DNA from: Raillietiella orientalis
Lineage: Eukaryota
DNA: 64,000 nucleotides
Reading direction: 5' to 3'
Assembly: GCA_036172245.1 (NCBI GenBank)
Contig: JAYWIR010000041.1
Span: forward strand, 620,001-684,000
This document shows, one piece after another, positions 37,850-48,915 of the stretch (positions are counted from its first letter, which is position 1; every line of letters begins with the position of its first letter). A program made the translations under genes and the position numbers. Under the pieces are notes generated by a model. That model had not been told where the DNA came from and did no database searches. It was given only the letters and a program-made list of their open reading frames with translations.

Positions 37850-39200
37850 GGGAACCACCCCGGGCAAATTCCGGGAAACGTGCTGCGAACTTCTGGAGAA
37901 AGCGACGTCCACAATCTTGCAGGAGCTGCGGGGTCGCAGAAGGAGGCGTTGCCGCTTGGGAGACGCGACGCCTCCCAGCAGCGACCGTCTTGAGCTCTCC
38001 CTTTTCCCAGACCGGCCGACATCCGTCTTGAGCTCGATCTTCTTCGCCAACCGGGAAGCAGGACCGAAATCCCCTCCGCTCTCATCGTGGAATCTTCCGG
38101 AAGATTCCTCGTGAGGAACTGCGCAGAAGCCCACGCCGTTTTGTGGCAGCTCCCATCCCGCGTGCGCGCCGCAAAGTCGGGAAGGTAAAACAGGAGCGAT
38201 CCCGATTCTCTTTGTTTCGCGCGACGAGGAAATTGGGAGATCCGTTGCCTTGCGGCGACGTCCCGTAATTATGGGACTAAACCCCACACACACACTCCCC
38301 TCCCCGGGACGTTCTCGACAGAATCCTTCCGATCAGACAGGGAAATCTCAGGGCTCGTTACGGAATGTGAAGCCGCAGAGGGTTCCTCCAGCGGAAGAAC
38401 ACGAACGTGTCCCGTGACTCGGAAAAGGAGGGAGATGCGCGTCTTTCCCGAAAGGAAGTTTCAGCGCTCCTTCACGCGCAGGCGTCGGGCAGATGCCGCC
38501 TGAGTAGGGAGAACATCGAGCAGCGCCGGGAGGCGGGGTGTGGTGACCCCCGAAGCTCACGGACTTCGCTTCCCAGAGGGCTGCTGCGGCAGCGACAGCC
38601 ACGACGGGAAAGTTCCGATCCCCCGGGAGCCAGCATCGCGAGCCTCCGCTCCGGAGTAGGAAGCTGATTTGGGGAGGAGTGGCATGAGGCGCGGAAGATC
38701 CGCCCGCCGTATCGGCCCGCGGCCCCAGGCGGTCGGAGGAGCCCCCGAGGACACCCCGTTGCGGCAAGCCCTGCCTTCGATTACCTGGCACCAAGATGAG
38801 CGAGGGTGGGTCGCTTGGAAAAGACCTCCTTCTGGCACGGCGACATTCGGAGGACACCCCAGGTACCATTCCTGGAGTGTCCTACCTGCGAATCGGATGC
38901 ACCGGCGCGCTCAGAGGGAGAACGGCGGAGGTGGGGGTAGCGACGACCCTCCAGGTGAGGTGGAGAGCTCGCGGCGCCCACCGCTCCGGATCGCCGTGGA
39001 ACTGCATGACATCGGCCCGCCCCGTTTCCGCGGGATCTCTCTTGCAGGGAACCCGCGCACGTCATCCTCGGCGGCCGCCATCTCTTCGTCCCGAAGGAGG
39101 CCGGAAAGCACACGGTGGACGAACCCTGGAACGGCAGGGCTCGGCTTCGCGCTTCCCACGGGTTGCATCACGAGGACTCTCGCCATCGCCAGTCCTCATC
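37850..39200 (-). mobile_element. Decayed LINE ORF1 region
   Basis: LKLPFGKDA is shared with the 43316..43588(-) fragment. AVPHEES...DFGP resembles the ORF1 VP-x-E...FG segment. GC-rich and frameshifted. Confidence 0.4.
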
Positions 39201-42200
39201 CGGCGGGACAACCCGCAGGATGAAAATACAGGTCACTTGCTAGGCGCGAGTCTGTGCCGCCCTCTTCTGGGAGGCAAGCATCCACAGGGAAGGCAGAGGA
39301 AACATTCCGTGGTTGCGGACTCACCCAGGTTTGTCTTGTGCTGCTGCTTTTGACCGCGATGGACAGAGACCAGTGCTTTCCATCTCCGCTTTGCGCACCA
39401 ACTGAGACACTGGTGTCGGCTTCTCTCCGACAACATCCCATTCTGTTCATTTTTTTTGTGTGTGTGCGTGTGTGTTCCCAGAGGCAACGAAGTTCTTCCG
39501 AGTTCCACGCCACCACCACATGTGGCTGTTGGAAAAGCAACTGGTTTCAAAAGGTACGCCTGAGGCTTCGGTAGTCCCGTGGCTCCTTAAAGAAGGACGC
39601 GAGTGAATGCGTGTTCTGACGACAGTCGCAAAATCACGAGCGTCCGGTTGGGGTGGGTTGTGCTTGAACACCTTCAATCAAAGTGCAACGAATGTGTTCA
39701 CTGATTCACTAAAAACGCACACAGATGCTGGCGCATACGCGAACAGGTGCCAGGTCAAAGAGTGCAAAGATTCGATCTCATGAAAACCACACAGACAGCA
39801 AGATGCACCGTGAAAAAAGAAAAGAAAACGACAGAAAACTCTGGTGCGGTGCCCACAGAAACACTTGAGCTTTCCGCACACCAAGATATCGATTTTCAGC
39901 TCACGGGCTACAGTGTGATTAATAAATTTGCTTTATCTGGCTTGTTCTGCATGGTTCCATAAAGACACCGCATGGAAACCACATGGGAGCGGAAGTGCAT
40001 GACCCGGGAGGAGAAGCGAAGAGGGTGCCACAGGAAGGATTCCATCCGAGGCTTCGAAAAGCTCACGGAAAGGTTTCCTTCCTCTCCCGAATTCCTCTCA
40101 CCTCTGTGGGCTGCGTTTCTGAGCTGTGCGGGGCACAGAAGCACACCATCAGAAGGACGGATGGTCCACCAGCACATCACAGGAGATTGGGAGGCCATTA
40201 CGGTAAAGCCAAGAGGGAGGAAGACGACCCGAATGAGAAGCTGCGCCCGTCGTCCCTGTCTGTTGCTTGACAGTCGCCTTCAGCGTCGACAAATAGTTTG
40301 ACGAAAACACGGAGAGTACAGAAATCTTCCAGCCGCAAGCATATTGTCGAGTCGTGCACATAGAAATCGCAATGATAGCCAACAATCAGTGTTGCCATCA
40401 TCCATTGCAGGACACGTTCGATATTTGTAGTGAAAATCTTATAACGGCCACCTTGCAACGCTGTGCGCAATAGACTCGAAGAGAATGGGACTCCGAAATG
40501 AAAATCTGGAAGATCAAAAACTTCCTCAATGCTCGGAGGTTTAGCAAAAATTGCAGTGAAATGCAGAAAGAACGTGAAAGAGCGTTCAAAGCTACAGGCA
40601 AAAAAAAAGAAGAAAAAAATGCATGCGATTCGATCTCGAGTTCACTCACGACCGAACGGATGACACGACCATCGGATCAGAATTGGAACCAGATCTTGCC
40701 TCCCGTTTGAAATTTCGTGGGTTTTTAAGATAACGGAGGGGGACGAAATCGCCGTGTTCAGACGAAAGAGACGAGGCAGCTGTCCAAAGCAGTGAAAGGA
40801 CGAAAGGGTATGTGTTTCTGTGCATGGAATGCCCAGAGGATAAGAGGGTAAAAAGAGGATAACATAAGAGGATAAAAATTTGGGCATACGTACGCGTGTG
40901 TGTTGACATTGCACACGCGCGTGTGTAAACCCGAGCAATCTTCAAGAGTCCACTTCAGCATTCCCGCGAACCTTCTTCTTCCGTGAAAAGGGCCTCGGGC
41001 ACCCGACTCGTGGCTGACTTTCCCTGAACCAGATCGGCCAGCTTCCCAGTTTCGGTTTTCAGAGCGCCGTTCCAAGAGTGTGGGATCTCAGCGAAAGAAA
41101 TCGCGAGCAATCAAAGGGACGGAGGCTGCATCATCTGGGAGCACTAGCAGGATTGCGAACAGCTGAGTATTCTACACATTTGGTCACCTCGATAGATCAG
41201 GGCTGCACTGCCGAAAAGATAAAAGAACGAAGGCGATTCGTTTCAAAAGTACCTAAATGGGCGGTTGCTTCGAGCTCGTTCTCATCCGAAGGGGAAGAGG
41301 AGGGAGGAAAGTCTCCCTACTGAAAGGTGTGCTTTTGAAGGGGAACCGATTTCTTCAGACCAGGCGACGAAGGAGCTGGAGTATTGGAATTCGAAGCTCG
41401 AGAGGAACACGATTTCCGCCAACACGCCTGAGAGAATTCAGTGTTTTTACCAGGATGAGAGGGCGCGCCGCATGTCCGTTCAAGAAACGTGCTCAGGTCA
41501 CAATTTTAGTCACCGCGGATGCCAGGTTGCCAAACCTGAAGTTTATGATGGCCAGTTTTTTTTGGTTATTTATTTATTTCTCTCTCTCTCTCTCTGTTTT
41601 TGCTTTGTACGAATCTATTCTGAGTTCAATTGCGCAATGATTGGGTTAGTTGCGCCCCTCTAGCCGCCAGTGCAAGAGAAATGGATAAGACAGACAGGTT
41701 AAACATATTCAGATAACGTTAGAAGCAAAACGATGATAGAGGGATGCAAGAAACGAAACCTTAATCGAGGATTAACCTAGTAATCAGTTATTCCTCGATT
41801 CGATCAAATGTATTAAATTTTGTTATCCGCAATTTGTTTGTGTTTTGCTTTGTTTTTTGTTTTTTTTCCCTACGGTGGATTCATAACTTGGTTTAAACAG
41901 CTCTCCTTCGTCCTGGTTTCAAGAAAGTTCAGTAAAGCATGATAAACTGAGAATTATTTCAGTCAATGATGCATGTTCATGGAGCTACCATCTTTCCTCT
42001 CAGTGTATCCTCCAATAGAAATCCCAGTTGGACCAACACCTTGTGGAGGATCCACTTTTATTGATTGGCTGTTCCATGAGGTGTGTAGAAATGTATCTTC
42101 ATGGGATCTCCGTGCTTGTTTTTGTTTCTGTATTTGCAACTTTTGAATCCATCAGCAGAGGATTGAGGATCAGCGACGCGGGCGCTGGTCGTGAAGATTT

Positions 42201-43315
42201 TCATCTGCTTTGCTACTCCCACTTTCACAGCTCACAATGATCGCTTCCGAGAAAAGCTGTCCCCCACCGATGTGTGGCTGTACAGATAGATCACAGATTT
42301 TCGAACGATCTTTGTTTAAAAGGATGCTTCTCTACAGAAACGAGTTGGCATAAAAGCCCTCTGGAGGAAGCATCGACCCCGAAGCTCAATACCAGCCTGC
42401 AAACCAAGAAAGTCCATCTGGAAATTTGAAGGAGCTGCCCCCATTTGTGCCGAGGGTGAAGTGGAAAGCACTTGCAGCTCCATCTCATTGCCGTCGCGAG
42501 TTCCAAACCGAGGCCTCATTCTCTTTCCTGAGCCTCCGACATTTCGTTTTCCGACTTCAAGCTTCGTGCTCGACGTATGAAAACATGAAATACATTGCTT
42601 GGAGCGTGCGGAAACGTGAAAACTCATTGCTAGGAAACTGTTTCTTTTTTTTTTTTTTTTTTTTTTTTCCCCCTTCTTCCCCTTCTCTCAATCTGAGTTT
42701 GTTTGATATTGCAACAGAGGTAGTTGATCGGGACGACCCTGCAGTTTCCTATTCAGTTCTGTCAAATTCGGCTAGCATGACCCATTTCACAGAGCTGAAA
42801 TGAGCGCCAGATCACACAGTCAGTCTTTCGTTTCCATTTCAGGGACCCGACGACCTTTCACGTCCATAAACAAGGTCAGAAATGCCTTAACGTCTTGCGA
42901 GCCATGAAACATGGGGAGAATACAGAAGATACGTTCTACCTCTAATTTAGATGTTCGAACTGAAGGTGGCTTAGACCACGGTTTCTGGTGAAAGCTGCAC
43001 AATTAGTTGCCACAGACATCACTGAATTAATGGTCAAGCATTGGACACGAAGTGTTGCTGATGTATGATACATTAAACTTTCCGAATTTCCTCTCCCAAA
43101 CTTTGGTGCCTTTTCCATAACCTTACAAGACCCCACTGCCTTTCTCAACCGTGGAGGGAGATGCATTCATCTGCAGCTTTACTTCAATCTTTGGGCACTG
43201 ACAAGTTGAATTTGAGTGATACTAACGCTCACTCCTTGGATGAATATTTTTCCCGCGGTCATACCCTGGGCTGGAATTTACTGAGGTAAATTCTGGATAA
43301 CATCCGCTTCTTTGT

Positions 43316-43590
43316 TCACTCCCATCGAAATCCGCGCTGCATTTCTGGTGTCAGTCGCCAAAGAAAAGACGAAATTTTTGCGCTTCCCAAACCGAACTTT
43401 CGTGTCAGAGTAGTCGCCGTGTCTTCGATTCCTTCAGATGAGCGCTGGTCAGTTCTGACGGAACAGATCTTCCACCAAGTGAAGCTGGTGCAGGGTCGAG
43501 ACTTCAGCAGCTGCTGCAAGGCATCTTTTCCAAAGGGTAGTTTGAGGCGTTCTTCAAGGAGATTACGGATTGCATAACGCACGTCCAAAC
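43316..43590 (-). mobile_element. Second copy of the ORF1-like segment
   Basis: IRNLLEERLKLPFGKDALQQ; DNA gcatcttttccaaagggtagtttgag resembles gcgtctttcccgaaaggaagtttcag at 38.44-38.46 kb. Confidence 0.4.
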
Positions 43591-45810
43591 AACACGACTT
43601 TCGAACCGAACTCAGTTCCTGCCATTCACTGCTGTTGCAGTTGCAGAGTTGTTGGTTTCAAATCACAGGCTCTCTCCCATCTCGAGCATCGCCGGCAACA
43701 CTTCTGAGCTCTTTGTGGAGTGTGGCGAAATGTCTCTCCACACTGCATTTTTTCGTGGTTACAGCAGATTTACTGGCATGTCAAAAGCACACTGGACTCC
43801 CTCATTTACTTGTATGTGGGTTTTTATCCGGTGACACCGAGAAGTCTATAAAATAAACCACAAGTCAGAGGGGAACAGTGTCCCTTGGATATAAGGGATG
43901 CCAAAAAAAAAAAAAAAACAGGAGTTCACTGTCAATGATCGCCGGTGTGTAGGCCGGCTCCTACGAGTAGAACTGGACTTCCAGCACTCGCTGCACAAAT
44001 TTCTTTTGTCCACATCCACAAGACTGGGGAGGCCACTATTCGAAATGCTCGAAAGGGAAAGTTCCCTGAGCAAGCGCGTGGCTCCAATTGCCCTCCTTTA
44101 AACCTACAGCACCCACAGAAGCTCAGCATGGTGGACTCATTTGTCGGCTCAGAGACCCCTTCTTGCATGTCTACCTATCATCACTCCACCAACAGCTGAC
44201 GAGCCACTAACAGGTGGAGCTCATCTGGAACAGTTACTGGGCAGAGGCAGAAGGGGAAAAGATTTTCGAGGTAACGATAGCAGCTCATCAGGGAAGGATC
44301 GCTGAAGGGAAAGTGACATAGATGTAGAACGAATTTCGTCGTTTGCTTGCTTTCAAATGAAGTGAAGCAGTTCGACTTACGTCAGCAGGTCTCGAAGCGA
44401 GGAGGCTGACGACAACATCAAGAAGCTCGCAGGCTGCACGTAGTCAGCGAGCTGAAAACTCCGAGAGTTTCGACCGCTTCCCTGTAGATTCGAAAGAAAT
44501 TCAGGCAGCAGGTCGCAAGTAAAATGTCACACAGTGCTGAATCTTCTCCGGCAGACTGACCGATTCGAAGACTGCGATTGGGATATTTTGATGGCATGCA
44601 TAAGGGAATGAGAGAATCGCTGGGAAGATGGGTCACAGGAGAACGTAGCGCCTTCAGCTAATCCTCCCTGCATGAGCTTAAATGAGTACACCCCCGGCAG
44701 AATGGAACTGCAGACCTCTACTGAGAACAGTAGCAAACAATAAAAAGCATTGCCAGATACCGATTACATCTTTCGCTGCCTCCTATCGGATGCGAAGTTC
44801 CACCACGCCCACCAATCCGTCTGTGTCTTCGTCATCTTGGCAAAAATGATTGTGCGCTCTGGATCTCGAGAAGGGATGCTGTGGCATTTAACATCGCACT
44901 CGGAATACGAGGTTCATACCCAGTTACGCCGGGGCGTTTATTTTAAAAAACAGACTACAAGAGAGAAAAAGTATTCCCTAAAAAAATAGAAAGGCCAAAA
45001 GAAGTCCCTCAGGTGAATTACCGACTCGCAAGCGGCTTCTAAATAGTAGGAAACGGAAGGTAGGAGCAGTAAATAAATGAAAAAAAAGGCTGGAGGGTGG
45101 GGACGGGAGTCTTTGGTTTGAGACGTTCCTTGCTTTCTAGAAGAGTCTGTGGATAGTGGTGATCTCCCTGGCGACTTCTGGTTTGGTTGACACCCAGTTG
45201 CACAGGGGCATTCATTTATATACAAAATAAACATACAGGTCAGTGGCAGGACTCTTGGTCCTGCCACGTTATTACTATACTAAAAAGAATCTGCCGAGAA
45301 CCGGCACGCAGGCCGGCAAGGTTCGCCTCGGCAGCAGAGGGGAAGGGGAAACAACAAGATAGAAAAACAAAACAAAAACATGAACAAAAAATTGGGAGGG
45401 TTCGGGAAGGGATCACCGGATGCTGGAGGGCGTCCTTTGCATCCTTGGCAGGGTGCCGACAAGTTCCGGCTGTTTTAGGATCCCCACATGGGGCCATCTT
45501 GACTCTATCCTCATGAAGAGAACAGCAAAATGGATGGTGTTTTGGATCGTTTTGGATTCCTCTGGCGTTGCTCCATGCAGCCATGATCCCGTATAGGCAG
45601 CAAAGTGCTGCTAGGGATGCGGCCGGCGTGAGGGCATCGCTCAGGAAGAAGCTCTTCAGAATGCTTCTGGAGTTGCCCTCGGGGTTCCACAGAGACGCTG
45701 CAAAATGTTCCCTCAAAGGGCAGAGGGCAACACAATCCATGAGCAGGTGCGGGAGAGACTCTCTTTCGCCGCACCGGCGCTGCAGTTGGTGCTTACACTC
45801 CCTCGGGTCC

Positions 45811-46942
45811 TGGGACGCATGGCCACCCTGGCAAAGGAGAACGGGTGGATGGCCTGCAGCCCCTCCAACTTCAGTGCATGGCTGGAAGAAACAGTTGGCA
45901 CGTGGGCGAAGTTAAACCAGCCTAGTGGAAAATCCTGGAACCGCCTGCGTCCCGGCATCTACACCCGCTGCACGCTGCGGAACATGATCGAGTGTCCCGC
46001 CAGAAGCATGAGCGGATATGACCCCACTGAGCACGGCGCTGCCCTTTCTGAGAAGGGCGCTTCATAACAGCCGGAAACTGAGGTGGCAAGTCACCTGCCG
46101 GATAGCGGGCAAGGAGAAGGAGTTAAGTGGGTGGACCATTAGGGAACTGACTGACGCCGCGACCCCAAGCGTTCTCCCGCGAGGAATCCAGAAATGGGGC
46201 GAGCTGCTTGGCATCCCGTTGGATGATCTAGAGTGGCCCCCGTTGTTCAGAGAACCATCCACCCTCCCCCTCAAGTGGCAGGAAACGGCGCCGCTGTTGT
46301 TGCACTGGGGTCTTCCCTGCAACGCGCGCCGCCACCACTGGACGTTGGGGGACGTGGGACAGAACTGTGCAGTGTGCGGGGAGAAAGAATCCCTCCCCCA
46401 TCTGTTAGTGGACTGCGCTGCCCTCCGGCCCTTGTGGGAACGTTTTGCTACGACCCTCCGGATGGCGATCGGCAGTACCCCCAGAGACGTTGTGAGACTC
46501 CTCTTCTTGCGAGACGCCCTGCCACCAGCCTCAACCCTGGCAGCGCTCTGCTGCCTCCGAGGGATTGTGGCTGCATGGAGCGCAGCCAACGGAGGAAAGC
46601 AGCGATCGGGACCCTATCGTACACGCGGGTCGCTACATGCGAATCGCGATCGGCTGGTCCCATCTGGGAGCTATGACGAGGGACCTCGAGGGCATCCTGG
46701 AATGGATGGTCTCTTCCTCCAGCGGGCTATGATCCCTTCCCGGCCCTCCAAATAGTTTCTTTTTGTTTATTTCATTTATTTTTCTTTTGGTTTTACCCCC
46801 TATCCCCTCCGCTGCCGAGGAGAGACAAGCCGGCCTCAGAACCGGCTTCCTGGCAGGTCCCATGAAATATTGGCCGTAGCGGGGCCTAGTACCGCAAATG
46901 TAAAGTGTTTAGTAATAAACGCCCCGGCGTGACCGGGTGAAA
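45811..46942 (+). mobile_element. 5'-truncated LINE (best preserved zf-RVT ORF2 end plus 3'UTR) with a 14-bp TSD
   Basis: Perfect actccctcgggtcc at 45797-45810 and 46943-46956. ORF 46018..46755 has LLHWGLPCNARRHHW...CAVCGEKESLPHLLVDCAALRPLWERF. Ends aataaacgccccggcgtgaccgggtgaaa. Confidence 0.92.
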
Positions 46943-48143
46943 ACTCCCTCGGGTCCAATAGTGTCGGCGGGCGTTGCACGGGAACCCCAATGCAGCATAA
47001 GGATAACTGACTCCTGCCACTTTAGAGGGAGGGTAGCACTGTTGCAGCACGCTGAGGACCACTGTACCTCCTTCGGAGGAATTTCTAGTAGCTCTGTCCA
47101 GCGTAACAGTCCTTTTGGAGAGACACTCGGGGTAGCAGCATCTGTCAGCTCCCGAGTTGTCCACGTACTTGAATGTTTTTTCCGATTATTAATTATGCAC
47201 GTCACCTCCCACTTTGTTGGAAGGTCGCTGTCCCTTGCTTTCCGTAGGGAGGACAACACTGGGGCAAGGAGGGTAAAGGACGACCAAAGCAGATCCTTGG
47301 TGTTACCCAGGATCTCCCTCAAAGACTAACGAATGTACCTGCCTATCGATCTGCCATACGAAGCAGCAGAATATATCTTCTGCTTCTTAGGCAGATATAT
47401 TCTGCCTCATTCGTACCGTTGATTTTACCCCATGCGAAATCGGACTCCTGCAGCTAGGCAATCCAGTTCGCAGGGAGGACGGAGATCCAGAGATTTCGTA
47501 GTACCTGGGCAACTATTTGGCGGAGGTGAGAGACAAGATGGCTTAAACTTCAATCTGTAGCCACGATGACTGAAGTCAATCTATCATTGCTGGTTGCTTG
47601 CTTGGCGAGGATTCTCACCTAAGCGCACCAAGGAATAGTCCAAAGCTTGGAAGTCCGTGCACTTGTGGACGTTTTAAGGGGCGCTCTCGGAAGGGCAGGC
47701 AACGCCCTCTTCAGCAGTTCCAGATGGGGACAGAGATCTGACCCCCTCTCTCTGCAGAGGAACGAGAGCATCGCTCGTCTTCAGCCGCTGAAGCAATGAG
47801 TCGGACGCATAGCCGCAGGCGGCGGTTTAGCACACGTAACAAGGTCTCTTCCCGTACCTGAATCTTCCTCAGCCACGGTCCTGCTTGCAGCGCACACGAT
47901 CCCTCCGGACAGGAGGACGTTGATCAGGGCAGCATGGGGACATCGGGCAACCCGAAAACTATATGTCTACCTCCCCGGAAGCGAGGAAGTAGCTCTCCCT
48001 CGTTCCTGTGAAGACTGCGGGCTTCTTCCTCCTGGGCAGGTCGAAGGCGCCTCCTCCTAGCTGTCCGTCCGCACAATGCAGTTAGCTGAGTCCAAGCAGT
48101 TAGGCAAGACCGTCACGCCCCCGTCCCAACAGAGAATAGCATC

Positions 48144-48915
48144 GCAGGAGCAACCCGACCCATGTGCGGCTGGAGAACCAGCGAGCTGGCAGACGCCGCC
48201 ACGCCTCGCCATATTCCCAAGGAGCTCCCTCGGTGAAGTGAACTACCGAGTATGCCCCCCGAAGAACTAGTGGTCCCCTCCCTCGTGCGCGGACACTTCT
48301 GTGTTCCCCTTCCATGGAGGCAGGACGTGTTTTTGCTGGTGCGTTGGGGCTTCCATTGCAATCAGCGCGCGAACATTGTTTCCAGGGGAGTTACCTCCCC
48401 GAACTGTAAAAGTTGCGGAGCAGAAGAAACGCTCTCACACCTGTTTTTCGACTGCGGTGCCCTCCAAGGACTGTGGCGGAGGCTGGTTTCAGCTCTCCTG
48501 CACCAGGGGGACACGGCAAGGATTTTGATGAGCCTCTTCTTCACGCCAGGAGGCCTGTCGTTTGGTGCGGTCGTTGCAATGGTCTGCTGCACCCGCGCCA
48601 TCGATAAGGCCCACCGCCAGTTGCAGTCTCAAGAGACTTTTTGAGAGGTTACCGGAATAGCCGACGACCACATGAAGACGGCTGCCAGGTGACCTCACCT
48701 TCCAGAAGATGTCAGGAAGATCTCCGGCATCCAATGCCGGTTCGGAAAAGAAGGAACGGCTGAAGCCAAAGACCTCTCCCTTCCGTTCCGGACTTTCGGT
48801 TACACCGACCTCAGTGTCGGGGATCTCTCCTTCCGTACCTCTGTACCCTTTGTCTGGGAACTTTGTTTCTGGATAGTTCAGTAAAAAATGCCCTGGCGTA
48901 CCCGTGTGAAAAAGT
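48144..48915 (+). mobile_element. 5'-truncated LINE (zf-RVT plus second-type 3'UTR) with an imperfect 12-bp TSD
   Basis: 48252..48644 PLPWRQDVFLLVRWGFHCN...NCKSCGAEETLSHLFFDC. The UTR is homologous to 23910-24051. Flanks gagaatagcatc (48132-48143) and gaggatagcatc (48916-48927). Confidence 0.8.

Noticed and set aside
39900..42800. Candidate plus-strand exons
   Set aside because: Short frames only, with no identifiable product.
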